Source: Eledone cirrhosa (lineage: Eukaryota). From it: a stretch of DNA of 64,000 nt. Where the stretch lies: NCBI GenBank assembly GCA_964016885.1, contig OZ024741.1, positions 280,054,001-280,118,000 on the forward strand, written 5' to 3'. The notes beneath the pieces were generated by a model. The model was not told the origin of the DNA. It saw nothing but the letters and a program-made list of their open reading frames with translations, and made no database searches. Positions 25,790-38,300 of this stretch are shown in pieces; the first letter of the stretch is position 1; every line of letters starts with the position of its first letter. Made by a program: the position numbers and the translations under genes.

Positions 25790-26905
25790 TGCAATTGTAC
25801 ATGGTCAACTTTTATAATCTTATCCCAGGTCTTCCTACTCCAGAGCTTCCATCAACTTTGATTGCCATACACCTTTTTATACAACTATCCTCCTTGATAT
25901 GCATCACATAGCCATACCAATGCAATTCTCTTGCACCCTGCATCTGATCTCTTTTATGCTCAGTTTCTCCCTCACTTCATTAACGCTTTGTCATTCCTGT
26001 GTATTACTATTACACACCCATCGGAGCATGCATGCTCCATTTCTTTCCAATCTTTGCAGGTCCTCTGCACAAAGTGCCCAGGTCTCACTACGATGTAACA
26101 TTGCTGTTCGTATACATCCATTGTACAATCTGCCCTGCATTTTAAAAGGAAAAAACCTTTTGTAACTAACAGCTGTAGTAGCTCTCTGAACTTTCTCCAT
26201 CACATTCTTATTTTGGCTACTGTACTTTCGGAACACCCTCCTCCACTGTTGATTTGGTCACCCAGGTAACGGAAACTGTCGACTATTTCTACAGAGCCGT
26301 CTGGGCATTTGAAGGAGCTAGTATACTGTAGGCACTTGCTATTACTGCACCTGTATATCGGCCACATATAAAACCTATGTTCTTATAGTCTGCCTGTGAT
26401 CCCATTACATCTTCTATGTACCCATAGCTTGCAATTGGGACATAGGATAGAATTTCTACCTACTCCTTTCCTGCACACTGAACAAGGCCATTTCCCTGAG
26501 GGAATCTGGGCTCTATTTTCCTTTCTACATACTAGGACTTTAGTCTTTGACAAGTTAACTTTAAGATCTTTTGGTTCTCAGCCATGTTTCCAGGTTTGGA
26601 ATTTCTTCTCTAATTCTGCCATAGATTCAGCTATGAGGGTTAGATTGTCTGCATGCAGGAGTTCCCATGGGCAGCCAGTCTTAAACTCTTCTGTTATGGC
26701 CTGTAGGGGATTAATAAACAGGAGAGTTTAAGACTGGCTGCCCATGGGAACTCCTGCATGCAGACAACCTAACCTTCATAGCTGAATCTTATGTTATAGC
26801 CTGTAGGGTATTAATAATAGGAGAGGGCTAAAGACGGAGCCCTGATGGACACCTACCTGCACGCTAAATTCTTCACTATAGTCATTGTTAATTCTAACCT
26901 TGCTT
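25790..26905 (-). mobile_element. RTE LINE RT/C-terminal fragment, degraded
   Basis: Minus strand: VGVHQGSVFSPLL, GCPWELLHADNL (YADD position), KWPCSVCRKGVGRNSILC, DSFRYLGD, GRLYNGCIRTAMLHRSETW. Confidence 0.88.
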
Positions 26906-28214
26906 GATTGTCTCATTGATTTTGTTTTTCTGTCCTGATTTAAAATTGTCATTATTAGAGCATCATTTGGATAACATGCTTTGCAGCATAGAGTTACAGC
27001 CCTTTACATTCCGAGTTCAAATCCCGTCAAGGTTAGCTTTACCATTTATTCTTACAGGATCAAAAAAATAAAGCACTGGAGTCGATTTAATCGAATTTCC
27101 CATTCCCCCAAAATTGTTGGTCTTGTGCCTAAATCAGAAACCATTATTAGGATATCAGACTTTGTAGTAGATGTTATGACTCTTTACACTGAGTTCCAAT
27201 CATGCCATGGTCATCTTTGCCTTTCATCTCTCTAGGGTCAATATAATTGACTTTCCTTTTATCCCCAAATTGTTGGCCTTGTGCCAATACTAGAAAGAAT
27301 TATGACCTAGAGGGCAGTGTATTAGCAGAATCATTGCAGCATAGGACAAAATACTTTGTAATATTTGTTCTTGTTTTTTGTTTTCACAAATCCCTCCAAG
27401 GTCAACTTTGCCTTTCATTCTTCCAAGAGCCATTGAAATAAAGTACTAATCATGTACTGAAATTGATGTAATCAACTTTCCTCTCCTTTAAATTCTTGGC
27501 CTAAATTAGAAACGTTATTACCCAAAGGATTTAACCACTTACTTGATCAAGACTGTGAATATATTCCATCATTACTAAAACTTTATATTCTAAATTCAAA
27601 TTCCAAATAGGGGTATTTACCATTCACCCCTCTAGAGGCAATCAAAAACACACTAGTCAAGTACTGGGTATTGATTCAGCTATAACCCTCTTTTCATGTT
27701 ACATTACATTTATTAATCCATAGTCTCCAGATTCTATTACTAAAATCAGTGATGGATTTTCAAGCTTTGTATATTTGTTGTATGTTGCTAACTATGGTCA
27801 CATTTGTTAGTAATTCAATAATTCATTCAGACTTCAGTAGTTTTATTGCAAAAGAATTAAATAATATTGATATTAAACAGTCTGTAATGGTCTGTGATGC
27901 AAGAGAAAACACTCTTGTAAGACGTTACTGCAATTCGGTTTTGATTCCATTTCACAAACACCACTAATACTAATGTATCTATTGACCTGTAACTCCTGAT
28001 GGAGTTATAGGGGGACTTTAAACATAGCACAGCCCATCTACTGTCCAAGTCTGAACACAACCAATTTCTTCCAGAAAAGGAGAAAAATAGTGAGAAAAGC
28101 AAAGTTGACCCCAGCAGGATTTGAACTCAGAGAGCTGGAACAAATAACACAATGCATTCTGTCCATCATTCTAACTACTCTGCCAATTTGTTGCTTATAC
28201 ACAACTAATAATGA

Positions 28215-28490
28215 CAGTGAATTGGCAGAGCCATTAGAACATCGGATAGAATGCTTTGTGGTATTCATTCCAGCTCCCTGTTCTCTGGGTTCAAATCTCG
28301 CCAGGGTTGATAACAAAAACTACAAGTCTAGTCAATTCTTTCTCTATATCTTTTTCTCACTTCCTCTGTCACTTTCTATCTTTCTCTGGAAGAAATTGCT
28401 GAATTCAGGCTTAAAATGCCTAAGAAATGCCATATGTCATTATGGCGCCCCTACAACTGCATCAGGAGTTACAAGACCATACCATACCAC
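28215..28490 (+). repeat. Nin/Deu-like SINE head-to-head with an inverted copy at about 27980-28195
   Basis: gtgaattggcagagccattagaacatcggatagaatgc...gggttcaaatc; ccatac tail. Confidence 0.6.
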
Positions 28491-29870
28491 ACCACTGATG
28501 TACATGAGTGTCATGCCATCTCATTTCTCTGTAATTCTCTGTCATTTTGTTGAGTACCAACAAAAAGAAATTTAATAGAATACATTTCAGCATAATCTTG
28601 GCTATGATGACTAAAACAAACCAAAACAACTCATGCCTAATGAATAAATTTGTATTATATATATTAATGCTTTTACATTTAGTTCATAGTCCAACATTAG
28701 TTGAATGGTTTTATGAATTCAGAATTGTTCTAGTAGATACTTTACATCTGATTGCTTTTTGTAATATTAACTTGTATTTATACTTGCTGAGTATAAAGTC
28801 TCCATATGTAACTAATATAACATAGCTTTTCATTAGATGTTTGGTATATTGTATATTTGCTAGATGCGAGACAAAGGAGGTATATTGTTGGAGTCAGCTG
28901 GCTCTTGCATTACAATAAACCTTAAGCAGCTTTAATCAGACCAATTTCTTTTCCTTGAAAGTAGATTTGCCCATGATTCAGGTTATCATTACTGTTTAAT
29001 TTTGGTCATCAAGTATCTCTAAATATGTTGAAGGAACACAATAGCATTTAGAATTGTTTATACAAGTTGTTTAATTTGACCTACAAGTTATTTTTTCCTT
29101 TTAAATTATACTGCTTCAGATTTTATATATATAACACAAGCAAAATGTAACTGTATGGATATAAACACACATACATACACACACACGCACGCACACACAC
29201 ATACACACACATATATGCATATATATATATAGATCCTCATCATCATCATTGTTTAACGACTATCTTCCACGTTAGCATGGGTTAGATGGGTTTGTCCCAT
29301 TTAGAGACAAGTTGGGTCGGATGACCATGTCTCACTTATATAGGACTGTTTCTGGCTGGTTTTCTACGGCTGGATGCCCTTCCTAGCGCCAACCACATTT
29401 TCAGTGTGTGCTGGGTGCTTTTTGCCATGTCTTTTACACGACCACTTTACAGTGTGGGCTGGATGCTTTTTGTTGTGATACCTACATGACCACTTTACAG
29501 TGCGGGCTGGATGTTTTGTGGTACCAACATAACATTCGTTCACATACGTATTTATATATACAAACATACACATACACACATATATCATGATAGTAATATA
29601 TATATATATATATCACAAGGAAAATATAACTATATGGATATACACACACATTCACATAACGTTAACTGAAGAGAGATTTCCAGTCAATAATATTTAAGCT
29701 CAGTGTGTTTATGTCGTTATAGATAGAAATATAAAGGAAGTGTCATTTAAAAGTAGAAGAAAAGGTGACATATATAACACAGAGCATATACAATAAATTC
29801 AGTTGATAGCTATAAATGTTTTAAGAACTCTTACCTATCATCTGAATTCGTCATATATATATATATATAT

Positions 29871-30211
29871 ATCATCATCATCATCATCATTTTACGTCCA
29901 TTTTTCCCTGCTTGCAAGGGTGGGACGGGAACTGATTCTGGCTTGATTTCTACAGCTGGATGCCCTTCCTAACACCAACCTCATTTACAGTGAGTGCTGG
30001 GTGATTTTTTGCCGTGGCACCTACACGTCCACTCTGCAGTGGAATGATAGGGACCTCAGTCCTATCATCTCATTTCTACAGCTGAGTAAACTGGAACAAT
30101 GTGAAATAAAGTGTCTTGCTCAAGGAAACAATACATCACCTGGTCTGAGAATTGAACTCACAACCTTTCGATTGCAAGGCCAATGCTCTAACCACTAAGC
30201 CATGTGCCTCC
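29871..30211 (-). repeat. Young tRNA-derived SINE, copy 3
   Basis: Near-identical to copy 1; sits between (TA)n tracts. Confidence 0.85.
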
Positions 30212-30244
<33 letters not shown>

Positions 30245-30245
30245 G

Positions 30246-30287
<42 letters not shown>

Positions 30288-30288
<1 letters not shown>

Positions 30289-30477
30289 AAAAAGCACTCA
30301 GCCCACACTGTAAAGTGGACGTGTAGGTGCCACGGAAAAAAAGCCCCCACCACTCACTGTAAATGAGGTTAGTGTTAGGAAGGGCATCCAGCTGTAGAAA
30401 TCAAGCCAGAATCAGTTCCCGTCCCACCCTTGCAAGCAGGGAAAAGCGGACGTAAAATGAAATGATGATGATGATGA
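30288..30477 (+). repeat. 5'-truncated copy of the same SINE body/tail, inverted relative to copy 3
   Basis: Reverse complement of about 29871-30040. Confidence 0.85.
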
Positions 30478-32113
30478 AATGATATATATATATATATTCA
30501 ATTGGTTCTGAATATTTATATATATATATTCAAGTTGGTTCTGAATATTTATAGATAAAATATTTAACTAGATGGCTGTGTGGTGAAGAAGTTTGCTTTG
30601 CAACTACATAGTTTGGGGTTCAATTCCATAGCATAGCACCTTCAACAAGTGTTATCTATTTTGGCTTCGGATTAACAAATACTATATAAGTGAATTTGGT
30701 AGATGGAAACTGTGTATACATATGCAAATATGTATGCATCTGCATGTGTTTGTCTGTGTGTGTGTCTTCACATCACATTTGAAATCATTTGTGTAAACAA
30801 TAATGTTTCTTTATGTCTAATAACTCAGCAGTTTGATGTGTGATACCTTAGTTAAAACAAGGTTTAGCATTAGGAAGGACATCAGGCCATAAATACTGCC
30901 TCAAAAACATACTTGTCCAGCTTATGCCTGCATAAAAAAACACATAAAAAAGATGATAATGATTCCCATACACATACACACACATATTCAATATATAAAA
31001 CATATTCATATATTTTAGTTTCATCTGCTCTAACTCCCACAAAAAAATGAAATTAGTTAATTGAAATTGTACAAGAAAAACATTATTTAATAAATTTGTT
31101 TTCTAATATATCACTCATAGCTAGTTTTTCTCCATATAACAAGCTATCTGGCAAAAAGTTTGATCTATATTTGGACTGCACTGATAAGCAAATTGGCTGA
31201 TTACTGATTAATTGGCCTTGCCTTTTCAACTGATACCAATTGATTGACCAAAAATTAATTATAATGTAATTATATATTGTGATATGAAAATGCGTATTAT
31301 AATTAATTGTAAGCAACATAGTATTTCATAATTAATCACAATTATGGAGCTCCTGTTTGAGAGGACATAATGAAAAAAATTGGCTGATTTTACTGTCGGA
31401 AATAACATATACAAGCCTGCAAGAAATTGGCTGTGCTTTGAAAATTGAGAAACTTGAATGTATAATTATAATTATAATTTACAATTTATTACATTTGATT
31501 ATTAAATTTTATTTTTTGTTTGAGTACGTTAAGATAACAGGAATCATTATTTCTGAGTTCAAATCCCGCCGAGGTTAACTTTGCCTTTCATCCTTACGGG
31601 GTCGATAAAATAAAGTACCAGTAATGCACTGGGTAATTGCTGGCCTTGTGCCAAAAAGTAGAAACAATTATTACAGCAAATTGTTTTTGAATACCTTTAA
31701 ATAAACGTGTTATTGGAATCTTTGTAATTTATAAATTAATTCCTTTTTTAAAGATCAGTTAAATATATATCCTCTCAGGTGGGTAAAGGTGTCTTTACTC
31801 TATTTTGAGTTATGTCCCCTAAGCTGTCTCAAATTATTTTCAGCCATGAAGCACATTCAAACATTAGAAACATAATTATATTATATTGGCGGATTTATAT
31901 TGTCTGTCCTAAGAAAAAATATACATTTATGTATTTCTATATGTTCAATCAAATGTGTTTTCTGAATTTCTCTGTCACCTATGGTTTTTTTACACCAAGT
32001 ATATGTGTCTATAAATAATATTAAAAAACAATAACAACCAATTATCAAAACCAATTAATTGACAAAAAAAATCTGATAGCGATTAATTGGTGAAACCCTA
32101 GTCTATATATATA

Positions 32114-32330
32114 CAGTGGAACCTCAGTTCAGGAAATTAATTCATTCCTGAAGGTCATTCATCACCCAAAATATTCATAAACTGAAACTATTCTTGCCAT
32201 ACATTGTTGCTGGCTTGCAAGTTCATTACTCAAGACACCGTTCATCAACCAAGACATTTTATGTTCAGAAAAATTGTTTATAAACCAACTTGTTTGTGAC
32301 GAGAGTTGTTCATCAACGAAGGTTCCACTG
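32114..32330 (+). mobile_element. Tigger/pogo-like MITE, internally deleted
   Basis: cagtggaacctcagttc ... gaaggttccactg. Confidence 0.75.
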
Positions 32331-32477
32331 AATATACAAATAATGTAATTGCATGAATTGTCAAGACTGTTTTACTGGTTCGTACAAACAATTTAACTCA
32401 GTAAATGAGTAATAATCGTTTTATTGTATGTTGACTAAGGCAAATTATAAGGTGGACTTCATGAACATCGAGTAATG

Positions 32478-32715
32478 TTACTCCAAAGACCCTTTGAAGG
32501 AACTCCATTTTGGGTGCTTGTATTCAGGATCATACTTTTTTGATTCATGGACATAGGTAAGGGTTGGCACGAATACCAAATTGAAGATAGCGAGTTTGGC
32601 TTTTACACCTACCTCCCTTCTTTTGATTACTGAATGCTGAAGTTGGTGCACTACTACACTAGCTCCTGTAATTCTTGCACTTAATTCAGCCTCCTGCCTT
32701 CCATCACGCATGAAC
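32478..32715 (-). mobile_element. RTE (Expander/Rex3-like) LINE fragment
   Basis: AELSARITGASVVVHQLQHSVIKRREVGVKAKLAIFNLVFVPTLTYVHES resembles the post-RT region of Expander-type RTEs. Confidence 0.65.
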
Positions 32716-33464
32716 ACAGCCCAGCATACTCTACCTGCTTCAGTATGGAAATATGGGACTAGGATGTGGCAGTATGACAATGGGGAGATAGAGTGGAAAT
32801 ATACGGCACTTCGGAGCTAGGGTGCCACACTATGGCACACCACGGAGCTAAAGTGGCACACTATGGAACTATGGAGCTTCAGTGATACAGTATGGAAATA
32901 TAGAGTTAGGATGACCCCTATGGTAATGGGGAGATAGTGTGGAAAATATGGCACTTTGAAGCTAGTTCAAGATATAAATTTCAATTGGAAGCTCTTTTAC
33001 ATGTTCTTTGATGCTGCACTTATTGTTCTATTCATGCAAAAGAAGCACATTCAAAGAAAAAATAGATAAGGAATTTAGACAAAACTAATTTTATGGAAAA
33101 ACTGGTTTCTTAACTAAATATTATCATTGTATTATCATGTTTCATTTTAATGTCAGCTTTAATACAATTCAGCCTCTCATTATAGGGACCTTTTAATGGT
33201 TAATGGTTCATAGTTATAGACAGCATTCCCTCTAACCTGCACAAGTGCACAGGCATGCAGCCACTGTATTGGTACTGCTCACATCAGAATGTTGCCAATC
33301 AGTAGCTCTGAAATGTTGCAACATAATAAATAGCTTTGAATTTAAAATATTTTTGTTCAAAGCAACAAACGTTTCACTCCCTCTTTGGAAAAATTAGATG
33401 ACATATTGGGTATAGAGATAATCATCATTCAAATTATTTCTTTTAACAAGTATGAATGGACTCA

Positions 33465-33760
33465 TAATTCCTGATGGAGTTGCAGGGATGCCATCATTAT
33501 ATGTCTTGGGCACTTTAAACCTGGTGGAGCCCATCTCTCTCCAAATCTGAACATAGCTGATTTCTTCCTGAGAGGAAATGAGAAAAAGATATAGAGAAAG
33601 AATCGACCCTAGTACTGGATTGGTACTTTTTTATCAACCTCAAAAAGATGAAAAGTAAAGTTGACCTTGGTAGGATTTAAACTCAAAAAGCACAGAGTGC
33701 CAGAATGAATACCATAAAGCATTCAATCTGATGTTCTAACAACCTAGCTAATTTGCTGCC
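33465..33760 (-). repeat. Nin/Deu-like core SINE
   Basis: Colinear with other copies. Confidence 0.6.
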
Positions 33761-34408
33761 TCTTCTCTTAACAAGAAATACTTTTAGTATATAAATATTG
33801 AAGTTGGGTTACAATGTAGTTGTAAGAATGAAAAGAAAGATTATTATTTTGGTTAATAAACCAATATCAAGTGGTGTTATTTATTTTTTATGATCTACCT
33901 ATATGGTGCTGGTACCACAACAAAAAGCACCCTGCTCGTGTTGTAAAGTGGTTAGCATTTTGAAGGGCATTCAACTGTAGATACCGTGCATCAGAATGTG
34001 GCAACCTGTCTAACCTATGCAACCATGAAAAATAAGTGTTAAACGGTAATGATAATGGTGCTCATGAAGTCCACCTTTTAAAATGTGTGTATACATGAAT
34101 TCGGTGATCCCAAGAATGTTTGGATCGACTTGAAAGCAGTCGTGGTAAAAATACTCCCCATGACAATCAAGTTCCAGTCTACCCCAGATAATATCCCTAC
34201 ATACTCCTGACATCCAGGTAAAGTAAGGCATATAGATTAAAATAAGCTTATCAAATATACTGCAAAACACTTACAAGGGATTTCAATTTAAGGCATCTGA
34301 CTGAACTGGTAGTCTAATAGCATAACAACTCAGTCAGTTTTTCTTCTATACCTTTAAAACACCTAAAATTGTTTAATATTATACTATAAGTATAATAAGT
34401 GTAATAAG

Positions 34409-34598
34409 GGTGGTGAATTGGCAGTATCGGTAGAGGGTCGGACACCATGCTTTCCAGCATAGTTACATCCCTTTACGGTCTGAGTTCAAATCCCGTTGAG
34501 GTTAACTTTGCCTTTCATCCTTACGGGGTCGATAAAATAAAGTACCAGTAATGTACTGGGTAATTGCTGGCCTTGTGCCAAAAGTAGAAACAATTATA
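34409..34598 (+). repeat. tRNA-derived Nin/Deu-like SINE, short-tail subtype
   Basis: ggtggtgaattggcagtatcggtagag...gagttcaaatccc...aactttgcctttcatccttacggggtcgataaaataaagtaccagt...ggccttgtgccaaaagtagaaacaattat. Close copies at 31550-31672, 38110-38355 (-) and 44784-45000. Confidence 0.7.
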
Positions 34599-34777
34599 AG
34601 TATAATTATAATGTCATTAGATTAGTTATACTTTCATAACATTTAATGTTCTTTTCATTGATGATTTAATAAACTGGAATTCTCTCCCCTTTCTTTGGGT
34701 GCCCTGATACAAAACACTGTTCTTTGATTAGATACTTTGATGTGATGCAGTCTTCAAAGACTGAAAAAAATAGGAGT

Positions 34778-35388
34778 TTAATCCTTTTGTTACCATATTT
34801 CAAATGAAAAATCACTGTCTATAATTAACATATTTTTTTAAATAATCGAGACTTTGGAGAGATTTTGTATTATAATAAGGAGGCACATGGCTTAGTGGTT
34901 AGAGCATTGGCCTTGCAATCGAAAGGTTGTGAGTTCAATTCTCAGACCGGGTGATGTGTTGTTTCCTTGAGCAAGACACTTTATTTCATATTGCTCCAGT
35001 TTACTCAGCTGTAGAAATGAGATGATGGGGACTGGGGTCCCTATCATTCCACTGCAAAGTGGTCGTGGAGGTGCCACGGCAAAAAAAGCATCCAGCACTC
35101 ACTGTAAATGAGGTTGGTGTAAGGAAGGGCATTCAGCAGTAGAAATCAAGCCAGAATCAGTTCCCGTCCCACCCTTGCAAGCAGGGAAAAGCGGACGTAA
35201 AATGAAATGAATGAATGAATGAATAAACCTTACCATTATTAAAGCTGGAGTTTGATGTATAACTTAACAAAGGTTCTTACATAAAATTATGATGGAAGAC
35301 TTTTAAATAAATATAAACACTTTATACAAGCAGTTTTGTACTATAGAACCAGGGCTCGTTTCAGGTGGTTTGGTATTAAAAGCATTAA
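34778..35388. mobile_element. TTAA-flanked piggyBac-like MITE split by a young SINE
   Basis: ttaa|tccttttgttacca ... tggtattaaaagca|ttaa. Related pieces at about 19107-19230, 24110-24370, 40430-40625 and 45061-45270. Confidence 0.5.
34879..35223 (+). repeat. Young tRNA-derived SINE, copy 4
   Basis: Complete from head to tail; (gaat)n tail. Confidence 0.85.
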
Positions 35389-38300
35389 ACAATAAATTAT
35401 GGATAAAATAAGAAATGTAGATGTCATACTTGGACAGGTGAAAATTCAAAACATCAACTATAATAAAAGAAGTGGTATGAGAGTTATAACATTCTAAAAT
35501 TATATGGTAAGCACAAAGAGTAATTCAGGAGATTCTTGTATAATGTCAAGCATTCACTATGCACCTGATATCAATGAGAAAAAAATGTGAGTTATGATTA
35601 GCTGTAATCTTATCTCAGCCTGAAAGTATTGTGAGTGAATAGAGGAAGCAGACATTTTCCTTTTCAAATGAATTCTGCTTTCTAAAAGCAATAGAAATAT
35701 GTTCTCATGGTCCTTTATAGTGAGTATTAAACTGTATTAATTTGGGTCTTGAAGCTTGAATAACTGCTTCTGTATGATGTTGTTGATTACACTTCAATCC
35801 CATAAACACAAATGTGAAATTCCAGCTATTAACTAAGAACCTTCATACATTTCTCAATATTTTGTCCCACATTCCACAGCTCAATCTGTGGGAAGAACAA
35901 GACCAGAGCCTTGAAGGCAATAGCAGAGTCAACAGAGAGAAATTCCTGTAGGATGTAGTCAAGGAGGAATAAAAGCAATCACCATACTGTTCAAGTGCAT
36001 AGTAAGTCTCCAATATTCAAATAGTTAAAATGTATTAGGAGAAGGGCCTACAGGAGTCATGACCTAGATGTGGCCCAAACACCTTAAAGTATAAGGAGTT
36101 AAGAGGAGAAACACTTGCACGAGGTGGGCTTCTTCTCTGAAGACCTGTCCAATTGACTCAAGAATATCATCATCATTATCATCATCATCATTTTTACATC
36201 TGCTTATCCATGCTGATACTTATTTTACCAACACTGGAAGAATTACCCCCTCCCCATCCCCCTGCTAACAGGACCATGGAGAGATTTGAATTCTGAACAT
36301 AAAAAGACAAAGTAAATACTTCATGTTATGAAGTCTGTTTTTGTTCTATTTCTGCCACTCTCTACCTTTTATAGACCAAATAATGATTTCTTTTGACTAG
36401 CAAAATCATAACTTTTGTGGGGAAGATATACAGCCAATTAAATCTCATTCCACTATAATGGGTCTCTATTGGTTTTGATGATGAGCATTCCAGTTATTTG
36501 ATCAATGGAACAGCTTGCTTGTGAAATTAGCATATAAGTAGTTGAGTATTTCACAGACACGTGTACCCTTAACATAATTCTCAAGGAAATTCAGTATGAC
36601 CCAGTGTGTGACAAGTCTAGCCCTTTGAATTATGAGTACAGTTCATCATCCGATCGGCTTTCAAACAGTTTCCATGTACCCAATTTCAGTCAAAAGGTAT
36701 GGGGTTGACTCAAGACTATAGTAAATGACACTTGCCCAAGATGCTACATAGTGGGATTGAATCCAGGATCTAATGATTGCAAAGCAAACTCCTTAACCCT
36801 TTGGCCAACCCACTACATTTCTGATATTTTATCAATCGCAGATTGATGAAAAGCAAAATTAACCAGGTGATTTATGAAATTGGATTGCAAAGGTTGAAAG
36901 TAAGTGATGTAATATATCTGAGCCAGTGATCCATGAGACTCGCTGCTTCCCTAAAGTAAATATTAAAGACTTTACTTATAAATATGGTGCTTTGAAATCT
37001 ATAAAGATTTAAGTATAAGCTTTCTACCACAAGTTTAATATTAAGTTGGAAGCTCGTAGATCAAAGTAAACCATTATCAAATAGAATTCTAATGGAAACT
37101 AAAATTTTATTCAGTGGTATAAATAAGGCTACAAATTGTTTATAATTCTTACAGAATGAAAATATAAACACAAATAATATATACAATTAATTATTGCTAG
37201 GAACCTTATAAATATAGTGCACAAAAATATATGAACAAGGTGAGAGGAAAAAAAAATGTATGTGTAATTTTTAAAATATCTACATTACCTAATATTAAAA
37301 CTACTCTTCTCTATATTGTTGGATATGCATAAAAATGATTAATCTTGATAATTATGTTCTGAACTTGGAGAGCACTGCCAAGCAGGCCCACTGAAATGAC
37401 AAAATAGGCATACATCTAAAGTGGCACCCCAATGACTGGCCGCATCAGTTGCGGAAACTTTAGGATTATACATTCTGACTAATGATTTTACTGGAATTGA
37501 TTTTAATAAATTTGCAAGAAGAGTTTCTAAGGCTAAAAGGCAACATGGAGCATAAAAGACTAAGTCTTTTGCAATGTAATATAGTATATAACTTTTAAAA
37601 ATCAGATGTCTATACAATACTTTTCCTTATGGCAAATTCAAGTTTTACAACTTAAGATGTATCATTTATTTTGACTGTGAAATAGATTAACCTTGTGGAA
37701 TGTAGCATCATGCTGATGTTGAGTGTTATTCTCTTTATGTATACATGTATGGAGTAATAAGGGAACCATAGTGACATACGAAAGCACTTTAAATCTGACG
37801 ACAGTGCCCCTATGGATCCATACATACATACAAACTAGAATTGATGTAGGAGTGATAAACAGAACTTGAGAGAAAGATTGAAATACATATCTGAGGAAAT
37901 AACTGATGTATATTGGTAGGACTATATAATGAAAGTGAATCATCTATGCTAAATTAAAATATGCTACAAGAATTAGAATGAGTAGTCCCATTGGGACTTA
38001 AAAGTTGAGGTTATTCAGAAAAGATGTTACAGAGCTATAATGTAGAGAACAGTGTTATGTTGTTGACTTGTCTGACCCATGCCAGGCTTGTAAGTAAATG
38101 TTGAATTAATGATAATTGTTTCTACTTTTGGCGTAAGGCCAGCAATTACCTCACTGCATTACTGGTATTTTATTTTATTGACCCCGTAATGATGAAAGGC
38201 AAAGTTAACCTTGGTGGGATTTGAATCCAGAACGTAAAGGGCCATAACTCTATGTTCTACCGATACTGCCAATCCACCATCCTTAATTGAATTAATGATA

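Noticed and set aside
34879-34950. tRNA gene
   Set aside because: Box A and box B are present but there is no complete cloverleaf, and it runs into a SINE body.
37350-37555. Slightly coding-looking stretch ending ...DFNKFARRVSKAKRQHGA*
   Set aside because: It has in-frame stops, no convincing splice sites and no recognisable family.
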